Below are positions 37,930 to 45,216 of a stretch of 64,000 bases of DNA, in pieces (within the stretch, counting starts at the first letter, position 1; every line of letters begins with the position of its first letter). The DNA lies in the NCBI GenBank assembly GCA_963666275.2, contig CAXXOA010000001.1:1824001-1888000 (forward strand), in the 5' to 3' direction. Below the pieces are notes generated by a model, which was given only the letters and a program-made list of their open reading frames with translations, was not told the DNA's origin and did no database searches. Source of the stretch: Oceanispirochaeta sp. GTDB lineage: Bacteria; Spirochaetota; Spirochaetia; DSM-2461. The position numbers and the translations under genes are program-made.

Positions 37930-38916
37930 TTAGTCGGCAGAAGGATAATATTCCGCCAAAAAATCTGAAAGCTTTTCAAGGGATTTAGCCCTTTTCCTGT
38001 CCTCTCTGCGGAGCTTCATATTCATAAGATAAGAAGCAGGTTTGATCTTTTCCCGGATAATCTGGTTGGGAAAAGCATCCAGAGCCTCAGCAGCATTGCC
38101 TTCGTTAATAAAATCTTCAATACTGTGGAGTGGCGTAAAACCTTTCTCTATGCCGGCCAGCAGCAAGCCGTCGAATCTTTCTCTCACCGGAACTCCCTGT
38201 TCCCTGTCTCTCTCATTAAAAAACAGGCCGCCGAAGGGAGAGTGAGAGAGATCAATACCGGCATATCTGTACTGAGGCCATTTATGAATCAGCAGATAGT
38301 AAAGCTGCCCCTGAAAAGGAAAATAGCTTTTCTTTTCAGGAGTCTCTACAGGGTTATGAATAAAAATGGTGTAGGCATCATTCCGTGATGAATCAGCTGG
38401 GAGATCTTGATAGGGAATATAGCTGAGAAAGGGAGTATTGTCCCCGGTTTCAGCTCCCCGGATAAGCCAGGACGTATCTGCAGGAAGAGATGTAATGAAA
38501 TCTCTCAGATATTCCAGAAACTCTTTATACTCCATATAGCCTGTCATCGAAGGATCTGACGCAAACAGAAGGTCTTGAGCCTCAAGATCGGAAGAGTCCC
38601 CGGAAAAATAGCCGTCTATCATAGAGGAGGGCACATTATCCAGAAACCACAGTCCCAGAGAGAGTTCTCCCATATCCATCAGAACGGGAACAAAATAGGC
38701 AAGGAGTTCCAGATCCGATTCGCCCCCCCGGGCCCCGACAAGTAAAACAGATCGGTTCTGTTCCCTGATCTGCCTGATCAGGGACGCCGGGGAAGCGGCT
38801 GATTCCTCTAGGTAGTCTGTCAGGGCGTTCTCTACTTCAGCGGAAGGAGGTATGATCTCCTGCCTGCCACAGGACGCCACAAGAGCAATAGTAAGAATGA
38901 TGAAGAGCTTTTTCAT
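37930..38916 (-). CDS. Hypothetical lipoprotein
   Basis: MKK-hydrophobic-LVASC lipobox; 328-aa ORF within an operon. Confidence 0.7.
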   Translation of the reverse strand: MKKLFIILTIALVASCGRQEIIPPSAEVENALTDYLEESAASPASLIRQIREQNRSVLLVGARGGESDLELLAYFVPVLMDMGELSLGLWFLDNVPSSMIDGYFSGDSSDLEAQDLLFASDPSMTGYMEYKEFLEYLRDFITSLPADTSWLIRGAETGDNTPFLSYIPYQDLPADSSRNDAYTIFIHNPVETPEKKSYFPFQGQLYYLLIHKWPQYRYAGIDLSHSPFGGLFFNERDREQGVPVRERFDGLLLAGIEKGFTPLHSIEDFINEGNAAEALDAFPNQIIREKIKPASYLMNMKLRREDRKRAKSLEKLSDFLAEYYPSAD

Positions 38917-38920
38917 AGGA

Positions 38921-39319
38921 TTAACTTATTCTGATTCCTTTCTCTTTGAGGATTTTAACAATTTTTTTTATATCGCCGGGATTCACATTCAGACGGACCG
39001 GTTTATAGTCCTGTGAATGGATCCTGATAGAGTGACCAGAGATCCTTTCTACCAGAGAGATCTTTTCAATCTGATGAACCTCCGGGGTCTGGTAGTAATG
39101 CAGATTCAGAATCATCTTATCTTCACGAAGAATAATATAGGGCGATCTGTTGCTGAAAATAATAAGGACCATGATAATAACAGTCCCCAGAGCGTAGAGG
39201 ATAAGATCCAAACGGGAGTATCGCAGAAAAAGAGGTCTGAATCCGATCACAAAAGGGATCAGAAACAGAAAATTCAGGAGCCTCGTCAATGTATGCTTCC
39301 GTATGGTCACAGCTTCCAT
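38921..39319 (-). CDS. Small hypothetical membrane protein (2 TM + soluble domain)
   Basis: Two hydrophobic segments; start overlaps the stop of the upstream gene. Confidence 0.7.
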   Translation of the reverse strand: MEAVTIRKHTLTRLLNFLFLIPFVIGFRPLFLRYSRLDLILYALGTVIIMVLIIFSNRSPYIILREDKMILNLHYYQTPEVHQIEKISLVERISGHSIRIHSQDYKPVRLNVNPGDIKKIVKILKEKGIRIS

Positions 39320-40437
39320 CAGGCCAGTTCTTCCGGGTTCAGCAATTTCAGATCAGGGTGAACAAAATATCCGTCTTCCCTGATCAGCCTGTCATCAAAA
39401 AAGATTTTCCCGCCCCCGTAGGCCGGGGTCTGTATAGCCACAAGATCCCAGTGTATGGAAGAATGATTCCCGTTGGATGCTTCATCGTAGCAGCGGCCCG
39501 GGGTAAAGTGAAAACTCCCCTTAATTTTTTCATCAAACAGAGTATTCTTCATGGGATTCTCAATAAAAGGATTCACTCCGATAGCGAATTCTCCGATGTA
39601 GCGGGCTCCTTCATCCGTATCGAGAACCTGGTTAATCCTTTCGCTGTCATTGGCCACAGCATGGACAATTTTTCCATCTTTGAATTCAAACCGGATATTT
39701 TCATAGGTAACACCCTGATAGACTGCCGGACAGTTGTAACTGAGAGTTCCCTGAACGCTCTCTCTGAGAGGAGCCGTATACACTTCTCCGTCAGGAATAT
39801 TGATCCGTCCATCGCATTTTATGGCTTTCATCCCTTTGATGGAAAACTCCAGGTCTGTACCGGGTCCTGTAATTCTGACTTTATCGGTTGATTCCATCAG
39901 CCTGATAAGATTATCCATGGCGGCGGACATCTTTCCATAGTCTAGATTGCATACCCTGAAAAAGAAATCTTCAAATCCGCTGAGACTCATTCCCGCAGAC
40001 TGGGCCATCGAATCCGTAGGGTAGCGGAGAACGACCCATCGGGTATTTTTCACCCGTTCCTCACCGTGGAGGGGGGTCATAAAGTATTCCATATAAAGAT
40101 TCATTTTATCGGATGGAACATCCGCTGTGGCTGTCGCATTGTCTGTGGCTCCTATACCGATATAGGCATCCATCTGTTTCATCCTGACCAACTCGGATTC
40201 GGCCATGATCTGGAGCTGTTTTTTTTCAATATGCAGAAGCTGTTCCCGCAGAATCCTTTCGTTCTGATAGGATATATGAGGGTAGGCGCCGCACTGATAG
40301 GCCTTTTGTATCAGTGCCAGGACCAGAGGTTCACAGGCTATTCCATTGGCATGAATAAGAACATTTTCCCCTTTCTGAAGAGCCAGGGCATAATGGATAA
40401 TATTCTCTGCCAGTTCGAGCAGTCTCGGATCAGTCAT
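39319..40437 (-). CDS. M29 family aminopeptidase (AmpS/AmpT-like)
   Basis: NIPDGEVYTAP, GARYIGEFAIG, LFDEKI, HFTPG, SSIHWDLV. Confidence 0.92.
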   Translation of the reverse strand: MTDPRLLELAENIIHYALALQKGENVLIHANGIACEPLVLALIQKAYQCGAYPHISYQNERILREQLLHIEKKQLQIMAESELVRMKQMDAYIGIGATDNATATADVPSDKMNLYMEYFMTPLHGEERVKNTRWVVLRYPTDSMAQSAGMSLSGFEDFFFRVCNLDYGKMSAAMDNLIRLMESTDKVRITGPGTDLEFSIKGMKAIKCDGRINIPDGEVYTAPLRESVQGTLSYNCPAVYQGVTYENIRFEFKDGKIVHAVANDSERINQVLDTDEGARYIGEFAIGVNPFIENPMKNTLFDEKIKGSFHFTPGRCYDEASNGNHSSIHWDLVAIQTPAYGGGKIFFDDRLIREDGYFVHPDLKLLNPEELA

Positions 40438-41767
40438 GATTTTCTCCTGTTTTTTCCAATAGATTCACAATCTCCCCCGAAAGAAAGAATGAGCCGCAGA
40501 CCAGTACCGGAGTCCCGGGGAAATCCCTGCGAATACAGTTGAACGCTCCCGAGGGATCTTCTATCAGTGTAACATCATGGCAGTGGCGGCGAAATATTTC
40601 CGCTGTATTCCGGGGATCCATCTTTTTAAAAAAACCGGGAGTAGTAATAAAAATCCGGGAGAATGACGCGGACATCCTGGCCATGGTATCCGCATCTTTG
40701 TCCTCACCGCAGCCGAAAAGGAGGATCTCTTCCTGATCTTTACTGATAAGCTGCCTGAAACTTGTAATGGCAATCTCAAAAGAGTTGGGTGTATGGGCGC
40801 CGTCTGTAATGATAACGGGATTTTCATTCAGCACCTGCATCCTTCCAGGCAGTGAGGCCGTGGAGAACCCTCTTATCCAGGAGACAGGACTTTCCTCCGG
40901 AAACAGCTGTTCCAGAACTGTTAAGGCTGTCACGGCGTTTCTGAGCTGAATGTCTCCTATCAGACTGAGCTGTACAGAGTAGGAATTACCTGATTTTAAT
41001 GATACCAGCTTTCCCCTTGTTCCAGTCAGACTGATCAGGCTTTCACCCACTTCATAATGATCGGCTCCGCGGATAAGGATTGCATTCTTTTTCCGGGCTA
41101 TATCGCTGAGAACGCTCTGGACCACAGGAGTCTGTCGGGATATGACCAGAGGAACGCCATCTTTTATGATACCGCCTTTTTCAAAAGCCACTTTTTCAAG
41201 TGTTTCTCCCAGCCATTTCGTATGCTCAAGCTCTATAGGCGTAATGACGGAACATTCGGGAATAACTGTATTCGTCGCATCCAGTCGGCCTCCCAGCCCT
41301 GTTTCAATTACCGCCCAGTCGCATTTCTGTTCTGAAAATATGAGAAATCCCAGGAGAGTGAGAAGTTCAAATGTGGTGGGACTGTCTCCTCCGGGGAGTG
41401 AGTAATCATCCTGTTTCTGCCCCAGGGTGCTGTATATCCTGTTGATCTGATCCAGGTAGACTGTGTCATCCAGGATTTCCGAATTGACGCGGATCCTTTC
41501 CTGATAGATCTGAATATGGGGTGATGTATAAAGACCGGTACGGAAACCAGCCTCTTTCAGGGCTCCCGAAAGGAGCACCGCAGTGGAACCTTTACCTTTG
41601 GAACCGGCTATATGGATTGATTTGAATTTTTTCTGGGGTGAATCAAAGAGCTCAAGCAGAGCAAACATCCGTTCAAGCCGGTAGAATCTCTTCTGTTTAT
41701 CCGGTTCCTTTTCAAGATTGGTAAATGATTCAATCCAGTTGAATCCTTCTGTCAATGATTGAAACAC
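40430..41767 (-). CDS. folC: Folylpolyglutamate synthase/dihydrofolate synthase
   Basis: HIAGSKGKGST, YTSPH, ETGLGGRLDATN, DGAHT. Confidence 0.93.
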   Translation of the reverse strand: MFQSLTEGFNWIESFTNLEKEPDKQKRFYRLERMFALLELFDSPQKKFKSIHIAGSKGKGSTAVLLSGALKEAGFRTGLYTSPHIQIYQERIRVNSEILDDTVYLDQINRIYSTLGQKQDDYSLPGGDSPTTFELLTLLGFLIFSEQKCDWAVIETGLGGRLDATNTVIPECSVITPIELEHTKWLGETLEKVAFEKGGIIKDGVPLVISRQTPVVQSVLSDIARKKNAILIRGADHYEVGESLISLTGTRGKLVSLKSGNSYSVQLSLIGDIQLRNAVTALTVLEQLFPEESPVSWIRGFSTASLPGRMQVLNENPVIITDGAHTPNSFEIAITSFRQLISKDQEEILLFGCGEDKDADTMARMSASFSRIFITTPGFFKKMDPRNTAEIFRRHCHDVTLIEDPSGAFNCIRRDFPGTPVLVCGSFFLSGEIVNLLEKTGENHD

Positions 41768-41776
41768 AAAACTTCC

Positions 41777-43069
41777 TTAACGTTTTTTCAATGCGTTGCC
41801 GTGGGTTTCAAAACCCTCGTAATCAGCCAGATTAATCACATGGGGTTTCATTTCCTCCAGTCCGTTCTCAGTGACGTAGACAACAGAAGAGTATTTGATG
41901 AAATCCCGGACGGATACCGCCGAATAGGTTCTGGCGTTTCCTCCTGTAGGCAGAACCGCATTGGCTCCCACAGAATAGTTGGCAATCGAAAAGGGTGTAT
42001 TTTCCCCCAGAAGGATCTCTCCCGCGTTTGTAATGAGAGAGAGGGTCTGAAAAGGTTCTTTCGTCTGTATCTGGAGATGCTCGGGGGCAAAAAGGTTTAC
42101 AACCTCTGCAGCTTCATCAGGGGAGTCGGTCAGGATAATTCCACCGTAACCTTTAAACACATCTTCTACGAAACCTCTGCGCGGTTCTCCCAGTTCGGAA
42201 ACCAGGTTTTTTATATGTTCCTGAACCTGACTGCTGAGAGTTTCTGAATCTGTGATAAGAAGGGCTGATGAATCAGAGCCATGCTCTGCTTCTATAAGAA
42301 GATCCAGTGCGACTTTATAGGGATCCGCCGTGTCATCTGCCAGTACAATGGATTCGGAAGGACCTGCGGGCATACCGATATCAACAGAACCTGAAACCAG
42401 TCTTTTGGCGGCTGTTACGTACATACTACCCGGGCCATTCAATTTAACCACAGGTTTTATAGACTCAGTTCCATAGGCCAGTGCGGCGATGGACTGGGCT
42501 CCGCCTGTTTTATAGATTTCAGTCACGCCGCAGAGACGGGCGGCATAAAGGCATGCCGGGTCTATACTGCCGTCTTCTCCGGGAGGTGTTACGATACAGA
42601 CCCTGGGAACTCCCGCCACCACGGCCGGTACTGCCAGCATATAGAGCATGGAGGGGAAATTTCCCCGTCCTCTTGGTACATATAATCCGGCGGATTCTAT
42701 GGGAATCGCTTTTTCTCCGGCCAGGACTCCCGGACGGACTTCCATAAAATTCATGGCTTCCGGTTTCTGGGCTTCATGGAAGCGTTTTACATTTTCTACT
42801 GAGTAGGCAAGGGCGTCCTTAACCTCATCGGAAATAAGGGCTTCCGCCTGATCAAACTCTTCCTCAGATACCCGAAGGGACATATCCAGAGGAGTGCGAT
42901 CAAATTTATTGTTGAAAAATCTGACTGCTTTATCGCCATTGTTTTTAACATCATCAATAATTTCCTGAACAGACTCTTTGACTTCACTGATATCCAGTTC
43001 TGAACGTGATAAAAGAGACTGCTTTTTCTCTTCCGGTATGTTTTTCCATGAATAGATGTTAATAGTCAT
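41777..43069 (-). CDS. Histidinol dehydrogenase homologue (atypical active site)
   Basis: GGAQSIAALAYGT, GMPAGPSE, APEHL, EGFETH; but IEAEH and ANY..GANAVLPT replace the canonical SQAEH and GDY..GxNHxLPT. Confidence 0.85.
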   Translation of the reverse strand: MTINIYSWKNIPEEKKQSLLSRSELDISEVKESVQEIIDDVKNNGDKAVRFFNNKFDRTPLDMSLRVSEEEFDQAEALISDEVKDALAYSVENVKRFHEAQKPEAMNFMEVRPGVLAGEKAIPIESAGLYVPRGRGNFPSMLYMLAVPAVVAGVPRVCIVTPPGEDGSIDPACLYAARLCGVTEIYKTGGAQSIAALAYGTESIKPVVKLNGPGSMYVTAAKRLVSGSVDIGMPAGPSESIVLADDTADPYKVALDLLIEAEHGSDSSALLITDSETLSSQVQEHIKNLVSELGEPRRGFVEDVFKGYGGIILTDSPDEAAEVVNLFAPEHLQIQTKEPFQTLSLITNAGEILLGENTPFSIANYSVGANAVLPTGGNARTYSAVSVRDFIKYSSVVYVTENGLEEMKPHVINLADYEGFETHGNALKKR

Positions 43070-43080
43070 GTTTATATTCC

Positions 43081-43425
43081 TTATATCATTGTCAGTTCGA
43101 CCCGGGTTCCGAGCCGGATAATATCACCGTTTTTAATTTTTATATATTTATCGGGAGATACGAGTCTACCATTTAAAAAGGTACCGTTACTACTCCCTTT
43201 ATCTTTGATAAAATAGCTCCCGCGGATCTGCTGGATCTCCATATGATACCGGGAGACCATGCTGTCTTCTATGACAAAATCGTTCTCTTTGGCCCGGCCG
43301 ATAGTCAGCTTACTGTGGACTTTGATCTCTTTTCCATTGAAAAGCAGGCAGTGGATACTTTTTTTCCCGATATTCCTGAGCCGTTTCCCCACCGGACTGG
43401 ACTGCATGATTGTATCGTCTTTCAT
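43081..43425 (-). CDS. Stand-alone FHA-domain protein
   Basis: IGR, VSRYH, SSNGTFLNG. Confidence 0.9.
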   Translation of the reverse strand: MKDDTIMQSSPVGKRLRNIGKKSIHCLLFNGKEIKVHSKLTIGRAKENDFVIEDSMVSRYHMEIQQIRGSYFIKDKGSSNGTFLNGRLVSPDKYIKIKNGDIIRLGTRVELTMI

Positions 43426-43572
43426 AATTTCTTTTGCCTCTCTTTCTCTAAATATAGCAGACTCAGGGTTATAATAGGAATCTCTCAGATTAAAGGAATT
43501 CCGGACTTTTCAAGACTCTACTTTACTTTTATTTATACCGATATATATTATATAATAAAATCGGAGGCAACC

Positions 43573-44007
43573 ATGAAAGCCAGTGCGGATTTTCCGACAA
43601 TTAACAGTAAAAAACCCGATGGGTTGAGTCCGGCAGGGATTCCATACAAAGTTCTGATTATCGATGATTCCATTTTTGTCAGAAAACAGATCTCACAGAT
43701 ACTGACTTCTGAAGGTTATGAAATTGCAGGTCAGGCGGGAGACGGAGTTGAGGGAATAGAGATGCTCAAAGAGCTGGTCCCCAATGTCGATCTGATTACT
43801 CTTGATATAACAATGCCCAGAATGGATGGGGTAACCTGTCTTGGCGAACTTCTTAAAATCGATCCTGAAGTAAAAGTGGTTATGGTCAGTGCTCTTGGGA
43901 AACAGGACCTTGTAAAACAGGCCATTATGACGGGAGCAAAAAATTATATTGTCAAACCCCTGGACAGAAAAAAAGTTCTGGAAAGACTGAAATCTGTTCT
44001 GGAATAG
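43573..44007 (+). CDS. cheY: Single-domain response regulator, spirochaete CheY type
   Basis: GGAGG SD; N-terminal extension FPTINSKKPDG, VLIIDDS, LDITMP, YIVKP. Confidence 0.8.
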   Translation: MKASADFPTINSKKPDGLSPAGIPYKVLIIDDSIFVRKQISQILTSEGYEIAGQAGDGVEGIEMLKELVPNVDLITLDITMPRMDGVTCLGELLKIDPEVKVVMVSALGKQDLVKQAIMTGAKNYIVKPLDRKKVLERLKSVLE

Positions 44008-44700
44008 TCAGCGGCGAATTTCAGTAGCACAGTTGTGAAACTGAAATTCCTTCTGATACAGGGACAGAGTGTCCGCGGAAACAGGGGGAAGGCTGTTACA
44101 CTCTTCACTCAGACAGTTTCCCGGTTTAAACCCGCTGATAAAGTGGGGGCTTGTATCAATGATTTCGGCTAATGCAGGAATATCTTCCATCGGAAGGAGT
44201 GAGGGCAGCAGGGTTGTCCTGAACTCATAATTCCTGGATGAGACATTTTTCTGAAGCCATATGACAGATTCCCTGATTTTATCGGGAGTATCCGAGTCGC
44301 CTCCCAGAAGGGAATATTTTTCGGGAAGGACTTTTATATCCATGGCAATATAATCGGCTCTGATTTCCCTGATTCTATCGGGTTTCAATCCGTTTGTATC
44401 AATTTTTACAGGGAGATGGGTCAATTTCCTGATTGTATCTATGAAGGCCTGAAGTCCGGGATATAAAAGGGGCTCCCCTCCTGATAAAACAACCCCTCCC
44501 AACAGGGGAGCCCGGAATTCTAAAAATTCTAAAATTTTATTTCGGGTTAAAAGACCCTCTGATCTTCCCAGTGCCAGATCGGGATTGTGACAGTAGGGAC
44601 AGCGAAGGTTGCACCCCGGGAAGAATATGACAGGGGCAATCTTCCCGGGATAGTCAACCAGAGACGTTTTCTGCAGTCCGAAATAAGAGGGAATCCCCAT
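44008..44700 (-). CDS. nrdG: Anaerobic RNR activating enzyme (radical SAM)
   Basis: SLVDYPG, GCNLRCPYCHN, SGGEP, YEFRTT; directly downstream of nrdD. Confidence 0.93.
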   Translation of the reverse strand: MGIPSYFGLQKTSLVDYPGKIAPVIFFPGCNLRCPYCHNPDLALGRSEGLLTRNKILEFLEFRAPLLGGVVLSGGEPLLYPGLQAFIDTIRKLTHLPVKIDTNGLKPDRIREIRADYIAMDIKVLPEKYSLLGGDSDTPDKIRESVIWLQKNVSSRNYEFRTTLLPSLLPMEDIPALAEIIDTSPHFISGFKPGNCLSEECNSLPPVSADTLSLYQKEFQFHNCATEIRR

Positions 44701-44702
44701 TC

Positions 44703-45215
44703 TCAGGCAATAGCCGCAGATTTCTGAAAAAGTTCATTAACCTCTTTTGGGTTTCCGGTTCTGTAAAGTTCACTTCCGTTTTTATCAAAGAAAACAACTG
44801 TTGGAGCTGAAAATATACTCAGGGCAGATGCTTCTTCCATTCCCGCTTCGGTATCTACATTAAAGGAACGGGATGTCAGTTCCACACCCTCAAGAGCTTC
44901 TTTCATGGGAGGACAGTTGGGACAGGTGTTCCGATAGAAAAAGGAATAGGACCAGAAGGTACTGTTATCGGAGATTTCATCAGTAGAAGCTTCCCGGGAG
45001 GGCTCTGAAAGTTCTTCCCGAATTTCTCTTCCCGTTAATCTGGAAAATGTCACCCGGTCCTTGTATTCTCCCTGCTTTCCCAGGTTCCAGTTCCTGACGG
45101 ATCTGTAATAGCCTACGATTCGGGAATAGACTTCTGTTTCCTGTCCCTGAACGGTATTGATTTTTTCTTTTAAACGGGTGATTTCCTGATCAATTGCTGT
45201 AATTTCATCTGTCAT
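44703..45215 (-). CDS. Separate NrdD glycyl-radical domain fused to a thioredoxin/glutaredoxin-like domain
   Basis: TEVYSRIVGYYRSVRNWNLGKQGEYKDR (NrdD C-terminal Gly-radical motif); TCPNC and SAPT redoxin motifs; GGAGGT SD 10 nt before ATG 45215. Confidence 0.85.
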   Translation of the reverse strand: MTDEITAIDQEITRLKEKINTVQGQETEVYSRIVGYYRSVRNWNLGKQGEYKDRVTFSRLTGREIREELSEPSREASTDEISDNSTFWSYSFFYRNTCPNCPPMKEALEGVELTSRSFNVDTEAGMEEASALSIFSAPTVVFFDKNGSELYRTGNPKEVNELFQKSAAIA

Positions 45216-45216
45216 G

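Noticed and set aside
43243..43572. N-terminal extension of the 254-aa CheY ORF given in the track
   Set aside because: It overlaps the FHA gene on the other strand; the GGAGG SD supports a start at 43573
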